Source: Alphaproteobacteria bacterium
GTDB taxonomy: Bacteria > Pseudomonadota > Alphaproteobacteria > UBA828
DNA length: 64,000 bases
Assembly (NCBI GenBank): GCA_965214705.1
Contig: CBDCCI010000002.1
Span: 704,001 to 768,000, forward strand
Direction: 5' to 3'
Shown: piece after piece, positions 29,691 through 40,776 of the stretch
Position numbering within the stretch: position 1 is the first letter of the stretch
Layout of the letters: each line of letters starts with the position of its first letter
Program-made: the position numbers and the translations under genes
The notes under the pieces: generated by a model
Told to the model about the DNA's origin: nothing
The model's input: only the letters and a program-made list of their open reading frames with translations
Database searches by the model: none

Positions 29691-31791
29691 ATGACCATGC
29701 CCGAAGCCGACCTTCTGCAAGCCTGCCTCGACGAGCTCGACGGCCTCGACGACTCCCTCGACCGGAGGGAGCTGGCGGAGCAGCACGCGCCGGTGCTGCT
29801 CGGCAGGCCCGGCATCGCATCGAAGCTCGCCGCAAGCATCGCGCGCAACGATGACCCGGAGCGGAATGCTCCCCTCGACCTGTTCGCGGTCCTGGCCGAA
29901 CGGGCGGAACACGATGCCGAGAACCGCGGCCGCTTCGGCGAGCCCTTCCTCGCCGAGGCGCGCGGCGCCATCGACACGCTGGCCGCCGCCCGCGACCTGC
30001 CGGACCACGCCGCGCTCGGTCTGGCGCGCGCCTTCTTCCGCGCCGGCCTGGAAGCGCCGGAATGCCTCTTCCCGATCTTCGCCGGCGAACCCGGCACCGG
30101 CCAGGCGCTTGCCGCGTTTCCCGGCTTGCTGGACCGGGAAATCGACCGTCTCGCGCGCCATGCGGGCGGGGACGATCATCTGCTGCACGACCTCCTCGTC
30201 AACCTGATGGCGGTCCTTCCGTCCGAGTTCAGGCCGACCTTCGTCCACCATGTTGCGGGGCGCGATGAGGAGCGCTACGGCCGCGCCGCCCTCTACTGGC
30301 TGCTGGACCGCTCGCCCGAGGTTCGCCTGGCCGCCGCCAGCGGCCTCTCCGACCGGGTGCGGCGCGCCGCCATGGAGCCCGCCCTGCCGGCGCTCGTGCC
30401 GCTCATCCGCAACTGGATGCCGGAGGATTCCGCGCGTCCCTTGCTGGATACGGCCCTGCGCGAGGCCCGGCTGCGCGGCCGCTTCCACCCGATGGCGCGC
30501 CCGGCGGGCCGCCCGACGCGTTTCCTCGCCGCCCTGCCGGCCGGCTCAAGCATGCAGCATCTCGCCGCCATGCTCGAATCTGCGGAGGGACCCGCTTGCG
30601 CGGTGGTGGTGGTCAAGGCCGGCCACGGCGTCACCATCGTGCATGTCTTCCGGGGCGACGACGCCCTGAGCACCGTGTCCAACCTCGAGGACGAGCTGGG
30701 TGCGCTCGACGTGCCCTTCGAAGCCTTCGAGACCGCGCTTTCCGCCGCGCTCGCGGACGGTCTTGCCGGAGGGCGGCCTCCACCGGCCCGTCTGATCGAC
30801 GTCGCCGCCGGCTTCGGTCTTTCCGAGCTGCGCCCGCGGGCGATGACGGCGCCGGACTGGCTCGCGGAGCTCGACCCGGGAGGCGCGATCGCCGGCCTGC
30901 CCGACGAAGAGCGGGGCGAGCTGATCCGCCGCAGCACCGCGTGGCCCGACGACCGGCCGATCCTTGACACATGGTTCGAGGGAACGGCGCTGCTTGATGA
31001 CTCCCTTAAGGGCGCGGACGGTCCACGGCAGACGCTCGACGCCTTCCGGGCGCGCCTCGACGAGAGGCGCGTCGACTGGGCCCATCTAATGCTGCGCGCC
31101 GCCCATGTCCTGAAGGCCGCCGGCGACGGCGACTGGCGCTCCTTCGCGGCCGTGGCCTCAGCCCTGCTCGACGGACGCCCCCTCGAGGGCATTCCGGTCA
31201 TGGATAGCATCTTCCTTGCCACCGTCGACGCCTGGCACGAGGAGGAACGCCGGCTTCGCGCCGGCGACGCAGGGCGTCCAGACCCGTTGGCGGCCCTGGC
31301 CGAGGCCGCGGCGTGGCCGGAGGAGGACCTGCACTGCGCTTCTTCGCTGGCCTGGCTCGACGGCTACGTCGCGGCCGCGGTGCTCGCGCCCACGGGAGCC
31401 CCGTCCCGCGGAATGGCTCCACGCGCTCGCGGACGGGGTGCGGGGCATCGGCGGCGAGGGGACCGGGGAGTTCCTGCGCCGCGCGGCCCAGCGCCACAAC
31501 GAGATCGACCGCGCTATCGCGGAGAGCGGCGCCGCCGCAGACACGCTCGGCGGTTTCGGCGACGGCGAGCTGACAGCCTGGGCGCGGGGATTTGCCCAGG
31601 GGGTGCGCATCCTCGACGACGACTGGCCGCGCGACCAGCTCGAAATCGAGGATTACCCCGCGCTGTCGCTGCTCACCGCTCTCGCCGGCGGCGAGACCTC
31701 CGGCCGCGCGGCGCGCGCCGATCTCCCGGCCTACTTCGAGCGGAGGATGCGGATGCGCGTCTCCTCCCTCAACCTTCCCGACGAGGCGTAG
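29691..31791 (+). pseudogene. Large helical protein with C-terminal UPF0149/YecA-like domain; frameshift near 31393
   Basis: WLDGYVAAAVLAP continues in another frame as RPAEWL...WARGFAQG. Confidence 0.6.
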
Positions 31792-31938
31792 CGCTTCCAC
31801 ACGGGCCGGACGGCACGGCACGGTTCCATACGGGAGGAAGTCCGTACGCGGCTGCTGCACGCGAGCTACTTCTCGGCCTCGGACGACGCCGACGCCGACA
31901 GCTACGACACGCAGTCCGCCCGCTTCGACCAGGACGCC

Positions 31939-32127
31939 ATGCACATGACGATCAAGCTGCTCGCCACGGAGGACGAAGCCAGGAAGCACACCATCGCGGA
32001 AGCCGTCTGGCGCGAGATCCTCTGGGTGATGCCGCGCGACCGCGAAGTCTCCATCAAGGTCCGCGAAGGCAAGGTCGCGGTGGAGTTCGGCCCCCAGACA
32101 CCGGCGCCAGAGGGGGTGGCGGCATGA
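31939..32127 (+). CDS. Hypothetical protein
   Basis: ATGA overlap with the next gene. Confidence 0.45.
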   Translation: MHMTIKLLATEDEARKHTIAEAVWREILWVMPRDREVSIKVREGKVAVEFGPQTPAPEGVAA

Positions 32128-32618
32128 CCTGGTTCACAATTCAGGCCGCCTATGCCGGTTACTTCGCAAACACGGTCTCGGTCGAAGCTGAGACCCTCAA
32201 GGAGGTGCTGGAGAAGGCCATCGAGGTGGCCAACCAGGACGCCAACTGGAAAAGCGTGGATCATTGCGGCCGGACTCATGTCGACGCTTGCTGCATGGGC
32301 CGGGACGAAGATCCCTGGGACAAGAACAAGTCTCTGCCCGTGCCGGCCAGGTTCACGGAGCAGGGCGAGCCGCCCGTCGTCACCCTCACCGGCCCGCGCC
32401 CGCCCGGCGGCGTGGAGGTGACGGGCGGCACGGTCCGCATACGCTTCGTGGACCCTGCCACCACCGTCACCACGGAGGTTTCAGATCCGCCGCCTCCGCC
32501 CGGCAACAAGCCGGTGGTCACCGTCCGGCCAAGACCCGACGGGGCGCCCCAAGTCGAAGTCAGCGGCGGCAAGGCCATCGTAAGAATCCAGGGCTGGGAA
32601 GGAGGCGACCATGCCTGA
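32124..32618 (+). CDS. Hypothetical protein
   Basis: MTWFTIQAAY...; coupled to genes on both sides. Confidence 0.6.
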   Translation: MTWFTIQAAYAGYFANTVSVEAETLKEVLEKAIEVANQDANWKSVDHCGRTHVDACCMGRDEDPWDKNKSLPVPARFTEQGEPPVVTLTGPRPPGGVEVTGGTVRIRFVDPATTVTTEVSDPPPPPGNKPVVTVRPRPDGAPQVEVSGGKAIVRIQGWEGGDHA

Positions 32619-33027
32619 GCCCGGCAACGCGAACGCATTCGGTCCCGCGATCTCGACCTACACCCGCGCCCAGGCGATCGAGGACGGCATCCTGGTCGAC
32701 GTCTCCGACACCGCGCGCGATGCGGGCTTCACCATCCCCGTCGCGCTCACGCGCACCGTCTGGACCCGCCTGGTCGCTCTGCCCGAGGGATACAAGGGTT
32801 TCCAGGACGAGCGCGGCCGGCTCTGGGACGTGCTCTGGATGGCGCGCCACTACGCGCTCCGCGCCTCCAACAGCGACCGCGTAACCATGTGCGTGCTGGT
32901 GCGCGACATCCGCAAGGACCTCCGCGACAGCCACCGGCCGCCCCGCAAGCACTTCCCCATCGTGGCGATCGGCTCCGGCGACAAAGGTGAGCCCGCGATC
33001 ACGATCATGTTTCCCGGGGACGACTGA
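32611..33027 (+). CDS. DUF6573-like mobile-element protein
   Basis: YTRAQAIEDG.LVDVS, GRLWDVLW, GD.GEPAITIM.P. Confidence 0.7.
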   Translation: MPEPGNANAFGPAISTYTRAQAIEDGILVDVSDTARDAGFTIPVALTRTVWTRLVALPEGYKGFQDERGRLWDVLWMARHYALRASNSDRVTMCVLVRDIRKDLRDSHRPPRKHFPIVAIGSGDKGEPAITIMFPGDD

Positions 33028-33099
33028 GCGCGCCTTCACCACCCCGGTCTCTCCCGCGCCGCCAGGAGCAGCGTGTGGCGTCCGTCGGGCGAGCGGCGC

Positions 33100-33559
33100 G
33101 GAACCTGGAGGACTCCGGCGCCGCCTCCCGCTCTTCCGCCATCGCCGCTGCCTGATCCCTGCCGACGGGTTCTACGAGTGGCAGCGCCGGGGCGGAACCC
33201 GGCAGCCCTGGCTGTTCGGCCTGCGGGACGGCGCACCCCTGGTATTCGCGGGCCTGTGGGAACGCTGGACGGTGCCGGAGGACGCGGCGCTCACCGGGTC
33301 GCTCGCCGAGCGCAGCCCCGGCGATGCGGTCGAGACCTGCACCATCCTCACCACCGCCGCCAACGAGACGGTGGGGCCGGTCCATGGCCGCATGCCGGTC
33401 ATCCTGCCGCCGGACGCCTGGAGCGCCTGGCTCGCCGGCGAGGACGTGCCGCTCGCGCCCTGTCCGGCGGACGACATGACCGCCCATCCGGTTTCGATGC
33501 ACGTCAACCGGCCCGCCAACGACGACCCGCGCTGCGTCGAAGCCGTCGCGCTGAGCTGA
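33100..33559 (+). pseudogene. SOS-response-associated peptidase (SRAP), N-terminally truncated
   Basis: RRCLIPADGFYEW, FAGLWE, ILTT.AN, HGRMPVIL; the N-terminal MCGR is absent. Confidence 0.8.
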
Positions 33560-33583
33560 TCCCGGCCCGCCCGTTGACCTGAG

Positions 33584-35743
33584 CCCAAGTTGGCACTTTT
33601 CCGCTGCCTGTGTTCCCTATTGGTTTGATTCAACGCGATATTTTTCTCGGTCGATTCCAACATGGCCCCACATTTTGTGAGATTCTGTCAGCTCATCAGA
33701 CGGGTCCTCGTGCGGTGGATGGCGGGGTCCACGCCCGCCGCCGAGGAGATTGCGGCAACCTCGGCGGCCGGGCGCGTGTCCTGGCGGTTGACGATCAAGG
33801 TGCCGTCGGTCTGGCGCAGGCGCGTGGTGATCCGCACCCAGGTCCGCATGCTCTCGCGGATCGACGCCCAGCACTTGTGGATGCCGCGCGCGGCCAGCCG
33901 GGTACGGATCAGATGCACGGCGTGGTAGGCCAGCACGGCGATCAGCAGGTGGGCCGCGATGCGCCGGTCGAGCTGGTGCCAGATCGGGCGAAGGCCGAGC
34001 TCGGATTTCAGGCTCCGGAATGTCGCCTCGATATCCGTGATCCGCCAGTACGTCCGCAGGACCGTCTCGATGTCCCAGTCGACGTGGCTGGTGCGCAGCA
34101 CATAGGCACCGGCGCCCTCATCGGCCTCGTCGTATCGCGGCCTGCGCTTGAAGCGCACGGCGGTGGCATTGGGGCCGGTTTTCGCCCTCTCGACCGTGAT
34201 CTCGTAGTGCCTGGCGACGGCGGAGAAGCGCTGCTTGAGGCGGCCTATGCTCTCCAGCACCTTGTCGTAGCGCTTGAGGCGGCCCTTGACCGGGAGGCCG
34301 CCGTGGAGCCTTTCCAGCGCCGCCTCGAAGCGGTTCCGCCTCAGGCCGATGATCGCGTTCTCGGCCTTCTTCTTGCCCTCGCTGACGACGTAGAGCCGCG
34401 CCTCGCCGTCCTCGCTGGCAAGCCGCCAGGCCCGCACCTCGTGGCGCGCGCTGGTGATCAGCAGGGCCTCGGGTCCGCCCTCGGGCGGCGCAGGCCTGGC
34501 ACCGCGGCTGACCGCGATCCAGTCGTAGCCCTGCTCGCCCAGCCACGCGATGTTTTTCTCGGTGGCGATGCCCGCGTCCATGACCACCGTGGGCTTCGGC
34601 GCCGTGCCGCCGCACACCGCCTCGAGCCGCGCCAGCGCCTCGTGCAGCGTGCCCGGCTCGCTCACGTTGCCCGGCAGGATCTCGCAACTGCGCGGGAAGC
34701 CCGCGCCGTCGAGCGCCAGCGCCAGCGTGATGAGGGGACAGTCGTCGCGCTTCTGCTTGGAGCGCCCGAACCTGGGAAGCTCGCCGCCCGTGTGGCCGTG
34801 GTAGTGGACGTTGGTGAGATCGTAGAAGGCGATCGTCTCGGGCAGGTCGAGCAGTGCGCGCTCACGGTTGAACAGCTCCCGCTGGATGGCGGCGCGGTGG
34901 CGCCAGAGCAGGTCGCCGATGCGGTAGAGCGTCTTGCGCCGCAGCGCCTTGCGGTCGCCCTCCAGGCCCAGGAGCTCGGCGGCCGCGCTGTCGTGGCGGA
35001 GCCAGCGGCTGGTATCACGCTCGCTGGCGGGATGGACCATCCTGGCGACGATCAGCGCGCTGGCGATGCGCCCGTCGCGGCCCTTGATGTCGAGGCCGTG
35101 GAGGATTTCGGCGAAGCCGAGGGCGTCGAGGGCCTTGAGGCACAGGCGCTCGCAGCCGACCGTGCGCGGGTTCTCGTGCTCCAGGGTATCGAGGTCGACG
35201 GTGGCGATGTCGGGCTTGCGCGCCTCTTCCTGCATCGCCTCGACGCGGAACCCCCTGGCCCTGAGCTTGGCGACGATGTCCTCGGCTGCGGCCCGCACAT
35301 CCGCCTCGCCCTCGAACAGCGGCGGCTTGCCGTGAAGCAGCGCCTCGGCGAGTTCGGTGACGGCCTTCCACTTCTCGCGCGGCACCGGATAGTCGGTGCC
35401 GAGATTGAGCAGCGTCCTGTGGCGCACCTTGTCGCCGACGCGCTGGGCGAGCACGAGGCGATGGCTTCGGACCGGCTGGCCGGCCTTGTCGGTGTGTGTC
35501 CTGGTTGCCTTGATGTACATGGCGGCGCCGTTTCTGCGATGCCTGTTTCGCATACACGGCGTTCGCGGCATCTGGCAAGAGGGATATCGACTCAACTCCA
35601 AAGTCCTGGCCCCACAATTGGCTTCCAGGACCACGAATGGCAAATGTGGGTCTCAGGTGTCCTCCAACCCCAACATCTAGTGGTTCAGCGCCGCAAAACT
35701 GGCTCGAACAGGCTCGGCTGGTCGGAAAAAGTGCCAACTTGGG
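33584..35743 (-). mobile_element. IS1634-family insertion sequence (copy 1, 2160 bp)
   Basis: 17-bp TIR CCCAAGTTGGCACTTTT; TGAG duplication on both sides. Confidence 0.92.
33688..35520 (-). CDS. IS1634-family DDE transposase
   Basis: FYDLTN, FGRSKQKRDD, VVMDAG, IEATFRSLKSELGLRPIWH. Confidence 0.92.
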   Translation of the reverse strand: MYIKATRTHTDKAGQPVRSHRLVLAQRVGDKVRHRTLLNLGTDYPVPREKWKAVTELAEALLHGKPPLFEGEADVRAAAEDIVAKLRARGFRVEAMQEEARKPDIATVDLDTLEHENPRTVGCERLCLKALDALGFAEILHGLDIKGRDGRIASALIVARMVHPASERDTSRWLRHDSAAAELLGLEGDRKALRRKTLYRIGDLLWRHRAAIQRELFNRERALLDLPETIAFYDLTNVHYHGHTGGELPRFGRSKQKRDDCPLITLALALDGAGFPRSCEILPGNVSEPGTLHEALARLEAVCGGTAPKPTVVMDAGIATEKNIAWLGEQGYDWIAVSRGARPAPPEGGPEALLITSARHEVRAWRLASEDGEARLYVVSEGKKKAENAIIGLRRNRFEAALERLHGGLPVKGRLKRYDKVLESIGRLKQRFSAVARHYEITVERAKTGPNATAVRFKRRPRYDEADEGAGAYVLRTSHVDWDIETVLRTYWRITDIEATFRSLKSELGLRPIWHQLDRRIAAHLLIAVLAYHAVHLIRTRLAARGIHKCWASIRESMRTWVRITTRLRQTDGTLIVNRQDTRPAAEVAAISSAAGVDPAIHRTRTRLMS

Positions 35744-35821
35744 TGAGCGCCTCGCTCCCCGAGCGGGCGGCAGGAACCGGCGTCCGCGCTTCGTCCCCTT
35801 ACTTCACGCGTTTCTCCGCCC

Positions 35822-35870
35822 GGAGTCCGGCCAGCCGGAGCCGGGCAGGCCGGCGGGCCGTCGCGGGAGG
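35822..35870 (+). repeat. Conserved upstream repeat, diverged partial copy
   Basis: GGAGTCCGGCCAGCCGG...GGGCAG..CCGGCGGG...GCGGGAGG matches the reverse complement of the 45482 copy and its flank. Confidence 0.55.
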
Positions 35871-35983
35871 ACCCGCCGTGCGCCCAATCCCCGCCGCCAG
35901 CCCCGGAGTGCGATTTCCGCACCCCGGAATGCTCCCCAAGGGCTACCTCCGCATCGAACCCGACTGACCCAGGCGAGACGACC

Positions 35984-36322
35984 ATGCATCTCACCGACAT
36001 CGTCATCGACGAAATCGTCAAGGTCGACGACCTTCCCTGCCACGCCATCGGCCGCGCAACCTTCACCAACGGACGCCAGTACCACTTCACGGCCATGTTC
36101 GCCCAGGCCTACGGCGACAGCCGCGTCTTCGTGCGCCGCCACGCGGGCGAACAGGAGCTCCACCCAGGCAGCCGCGCCGCGCGGGCCATATACGACCGGC
36201 TCGGGTTTGGCGACATCGCGACCCGCGAACGCGCCGCGATCGGCGCATTCGAGTACGAGCGCGTCGCCGCGTGCGAGGAGCTGATGACGCAGCCTCGCCG
36301 CGATCCTTCGCCTCCAGCCTGA
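35984..36322 (+). CDS. Hypothetical protein
   Basis: 112-aa ORF with strongly GC3-biased codons. Confidence 0.6.
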   Translation: MHLTDIVIDEIVKVDDLPCHAIGRATFTNGRQYHFTAMFAQAYGDSRVFVRRHAGEQELHPGSRAARAIYDRLGFGDIATRERAAIGAFEYERVAACEELMTQPRRDPSPPA

Positions 36323-36398
36323 CCCCAGGGCCATCGCCGGCCCTTCGCTCGACCGCCCGAGCGCCCTTCCTTCCGACCCACGACCGGAAAGAACCGCC

Positions 36399-36991
36399 AT
36401 GCCCCAGGTCATAGAGATCACGGTCTACGCCATCGACGAGCTATCGGACGCGGCCAAGGAAGCGGCCCGCGCCTGGTATCGGGAGTCCTGCCTCGACCAC
36501 GAGTGGTACGACTTCGTCTACGAGGATTTCGGGACGATCTGCGGGATTCTCGGCGTCTCTCTCGGGACGACCCCAGTGCGCCTCTATGGCGGCGGAACGC
36601 GCGACAAGCCCAAAGTGTATTGGACCGGTTTCAGCTCACAGGGCGACGGCGCATCGTTCGAAGGCTCCTATGCCCACGCCAACGGAGCGGCCAGAGCGAT
36701 TCGGGCCCATGCGCCCAAGGATGACGAGCTGCACCGCATCGCGGACGCCTTGCAAGCCGTCCAGAAGCGCAATTTCTGGCAATTGCACGGCACAATCACT
36801 CAGCGCGGGCGCTACTGCCACGAGCACACCATGTCCATCGAGGTGGAGCGCGACAGCCCGACCTGGCGGCCGCCGACCGACGATGCCGAGGACGCGGTGA
36901 CCGAGGCCCTGCGCGATCTGGCGCGCTGGCTCTACCGCCAGCTCCGCGCCGAGTACGAGCACCTGACCTCGGACGAAGCGATCGACGAGAC
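36399..36991 (+). pseudogene. Conserved mobile-element protein; C-terminus displaced by inversion to 45631-45685 (minus strand)
   Basis: ...SDEAIDET joins in frame to LATNESTFTAAGEYFV*. Confidence 0.75.
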
Positions 36992-37282
36992 GCCCCCGGC
37001 CGGGTCGTAGCCGACGCTCCCGTCGGCGGCGACGACGACCTCGCAGGCCGGCGTGTCGGTCGGGCAGTGGATGGTTACGTTGCCACGGTCCTGGGCCATG
37101 CCGGACTCGACGGTGATGCGGCTCCCCGGATCGAGCCCGTGGTTCGCGGTCACGCCGGCAAGAGCCCTGACGTCTTCGGTCAGTGCCGGTTGCCCGCCAC
37201 CGCCGGCACAACCGGACATCGCCGCCGCGAACGTCACGGCCGCCGCCAGCAGATAGACGCGCCGAAACTCCCCGATGCGCAT
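36989..37282 (-). pseudogene. Lipoprotein 1, N-terminal part (continues at 45683, plus strand)
   Basis: Signal peptide and lipobox MSGC; ...YDPAGGV joins PAIVPLSPAS. Confidence 0.75.
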
Positions 37283-37432
37283 CGGGAACGATCCCTTGGA
37301 GTCATAGTGCATGCATCGAACCTTTCACTGTCCGGCGCCGCACGCGACCCGAGCGACTGCCTGCGTGGGCGGCGGAGCGGGAGCGAGGACGCCGCGAAGG
37401 GAAGACGGGTCGGGGCCTTTTGCCGGCAAGCG

Positions 37433-37981
37433 TCACGGGGTAACGCGCTTTCCGCCGAACGCTCCGGCCACGCCGTCGCGTTCGAACACGCCGCCGACCT
37501 CTTCCTCGTCGGGACCGTAGAACCGCCCCGAGATGGTGTCGTCCGGGGCGTTCCGCCGGGCGAAGCCGCCTTCCTCCACAGTCATGCGGCGCCACGCCAT
37601 GTCGTCGCGGCGTTCGCCGGTCTCGGTATTGGCGATGTCGGTGAACTCGACGTCCGCCGTGATCGCGCTCGCGCCGAACTCGACCGTCACGCCGGCATCT
37701 CCCCGGATCGTCTGGCCGCGGCTGGGCGATGCCCTCATCTCGCGGCCGATCATCAGGCCCTCCCAGCGGGCCGATCCCTCCGCGGCGCCGGGGTTCTCGC
37801 CCGTCGAGAAGCCGAACGAATAGCTCAACGCTACCGTCGCACCCCGGTCCGGATATCTGTCGCCCTTGAGCAGGACGGATTCCGTCGCGAAGAGGCTGTG
37901 GTCGAGCCAGCCGCCGAAGACGTGAACGTCCACGTTGTCGGTCGAGATGTCCTCCACCACCAGGCTCACGCCGCGGCGCGA
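37433..37981 (-). pseudogene. Lipoprotein 2, C-terminal TbpB-like beta-barrel part
   Basis: GSARWEGLMIG...ISGRFYGPDEEEVGGVFERDGVAGAFGGKR. Confidence 0.75.
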
Positions 37982-40404
37982 CCGGGTTCGTGTCCGCCAG
38001 TTCCATCTCGCCCCCGCCCGCCGTCACCGTGAAGGCGGAGTCCGACGGCACAGACCCGTCCAGCGCCTCGTCGAAGACGAGCGTCAGCGTCGTCCCGTCC
38101 ACCGATGCCGAGGAGAATTCCGGCGCCCTGGTGTCCGCAGACGTGACGTTCTCCACCGTCTTGTCCGAGAAGCCCGCCACCGGGAGCTTTGCCTTGTCGG
38201 CGTCCCGGAGCGGATTCGTCGCCGGCTCGGCGTAGGCCACCGTCACCGTCTGGGCGCGGTGCGCCACCCCCGGGCGCAGGGTCAGCACCACCTGGTCGGG
38301 CTCGGGGCCGGCTTCGACGAAGCGAACCCTGAAGGCGACCGCGATGGGCGTCTGGTCCGTGCCGTCGACGCTCACGGTGAACGCCGCCGGCGCCGGCACC
38401 GAGTTCGTGTCCAGGTCCGCCTCGAAGACGATGGTCAGCCTGTCCCCGGTCACGCTCGCGCTCTTGAACGCCGGCGGGGTGTTGTTGGCCACCGACACCG
38501 GGGGGCTAATCCCGAAGTTTACCACCTCATTGCCCGACAGGTCCCGCAGCGGCGTTCCCGTGGGCTTCTGGTAGAGCACGCCCACGGTCTGGTCGTGGAC
38601 CGCCGCATCGGCATCCTCCAGGGTCAGCGTCACCGCATTCCCGTCGACGGCGACGCTGGCGGGCGACTTGAAGCCAACCCCGAACAGGTTGGCCTTGAAT
38701 CGCGCCCGGCCCGGCACCGAGCTCTCGTCCAGAGGCTCGGAGAAGATCAGCGTCAGCACCTTCGCGCTCACCGTCGCCGAGGTGAGCGTCGGCACCGTCG
38801 AGTCAGTGGTGTTGTTGGTCACCGTCTTCGTGTCGCCGAAGCCCGTCACCGGAAGGTTCGCGTTGTCCGAATCCCGCAGCGGCTTCCCCCCCGCCTGATC
38901 GGCGTCGTAGGCCACCGTCACCGCCGGCAGGCTGCCGCCCACCGACTGGGCGAGCGTGAGCGTCACCGTCTCCCCGGAGACCGCGACCGCGCCGGTGGCC
39001 GCCAGGCCCACCTCGCTCCCGCCCACCGTCACGGTGAAGGCGTCCTTCCCCGGAACCGAGCCCGTGTCCAGCGCCCCTTCGAAGGTGACCGTCAGCGCCG
39101 CCCCGTTCACCGATGCCGAGGAGAAGGCCGGCGGCGTGTTGTTGGTCACCGACTGGGCCGGGAAGGATGCCAGCACGTTGCCGGACAGGTCCTTGAACTG
39201 ATTGGCGGCGGGGCCGGGGCGCAGGTATTGCACCGTCACCGTCTGGCCGTGGTCGTGGCGCACCGCGTTGTTCTCGTGAGACGTCAGCGTCACCGTGTCG
39301 CCGTCGATGGCGTAGCTCAAGGGTTTGGCGTTGAATGACGATGAGCCTCGGATGATGAACGGGGCCAAACTCCCTCCCTGCGGCACGCTCTCGTCCAGCG
39401 CCTCGGAGAAGGTCAGCGTCATCGTCGTCCCGTTCGCCGTCGCCGAGACGAACCGCGGCGCGGTCGAGTCCGCCGGGGTCTGGTTGGTCACCGACTCGCC
39501 CGAGAAGTCCGGCACCGGAAGCTTCGCGTTGTCCGGATCCCGCAGCGGATTGGCGTCGGGCGCGGCGTAGCCCAACGTCACCGTGCCGGCGGTGGCCAGC
39601 AGCGCCTCGGCGAGCGTCAGCACCACCATGCTGGCGTCGCCGGACTTGAAGGCGACCCCGGCGGGCGTCTGGTCCGTGCCGTCGACAGTGACGGTGAACG
39701 CCGACGCCGCCGTCACCGAACTCGTATCCAGGACCCCGTCGAAGGTGACCGTCAGCGCCGCCCCGTTCACCGATGCCGAGGAGAAGGCCGGCGGCGTGTT
39801 GTTGGTCACCGACTGGGCCGGGAAGGATGCCAGCACGTTGCCGGACAGGTCCTTGAACTGATTGGCGGCGGGGCCGGGGCGCAGGTATTGCACCGTCACC
39901 GACTGGCCGTGGCCGTGGCGCACCGCATTGTTCTCGTGAGACGTCAGCGTCACCGTGTCGCCGTCGATGGCGTAGCTCAAGGGTCTGACGTTGAATGACG
40001 ATGAGCCTCGGATGATGAACGGGGCCAAACTCCCTCCCTGCGGCACGCTCTCGTCCAGCGCCTCGGAGAAGATCATCGTCAGCGTCGTCGCGTTCGCCGT
40101 CGCCGAGACGAACCGCGGCGCGGTCGAGTCCGCCGGGGCGGCGTTGGTCACCGTCTCGCCCGAAAAGTCCGGCACCGGGAGCTTCGCGTTGTCCGGATCC
40201 CGCAGCGGGTTTGCGTCGGGCGCGGCGTAGCCCACCGTCACCGTGCCGGCGATGGCCAGCAGCGCCTCGGCCAGCGTCAGCTCCACCATGGTGGCGTCGC
40301 CGGACTTGAAGGCGACCCCGGCGGGCGCCTGGTCCGTGCCGTCGACGGTGAACGCCGACGCCGCCGGCACCGAACTCGTATCCAGGACCCCGTCGAAGGC
40401 GACC
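37978..40404 (-). pseudogene. SwmB-domain repeat surface protein, 5' fragment
   Basis: Repeated PxFxSAxVxG.TLTLxF.E.LD..SVP....FTV units; begins mid-repeat. Confidence 0.75.
39080..40400. repeat. ~660-bp tandem duplication within the SwmB gene
   Basis: Identical blocks at a 660-bp offset (e.g. 39121 vs 39781). Confidence 0.9.
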
Positions 40405-40469
40405 CGATGCGTGCCGTTCCCGCCCTCGCCCATGGCCCGCAGGCGCCGGAAGCTCCCGCGGAGGATCGC

Positions 40470-40776
40470 ATGAGAAGAGGACTTCCGAATGCGTCCGCGG
40501 CGCTCCTGGTCGCGATCGCGCTTGCGGCCTGCTCCAGCTCCCCGGATCCGGCGCCGCCCACCGCGGAAGAGCAGGCCCGGTTCTCATACGAGAGCATCGC
40601 GAGCGGCTCGAACGCGTTTCTGATGGGCGACCATCTCGGCTATTCCGGCGCTGACGGCGCGGTGGAACGGGTGGGCGTCAGGTGCCTGGACGATACCTGT
40701 GCGGCCGCGTTCACGGGGTTCTTCCGGTCGAGCGAAGCGAGCGTCGAGACCGCGGAGCTTGAATTGCTCGGCTCGC
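40470..40776 (+). pseudogene. Lipoprotein 2, N-terminal part
   Basis: GGAGG RBS; lipobox LAAC; ...LELLGS joins RRGVSLVVED. Confidence 0.75.

Noticed and set aside
29646-32618. 990-aa ORF as a single protein
   Set aside because: It is read-through after a frameshift near 31393; the middle is off-frame Arg/Pro-rich sequence spanning separate genes.
33610-35967. Long antisense ORFs (also 60387-62432, 26851-28734, 24193-25452)
   Set aside because: Shadow frames of real genes in high-GC DNA, with no motifs of their own.
37302-40433. 1043-aa ORF as an intact adhesin
   Set aside because: It starts mid-repeat and goes off-frame at the inversion junction (37981).
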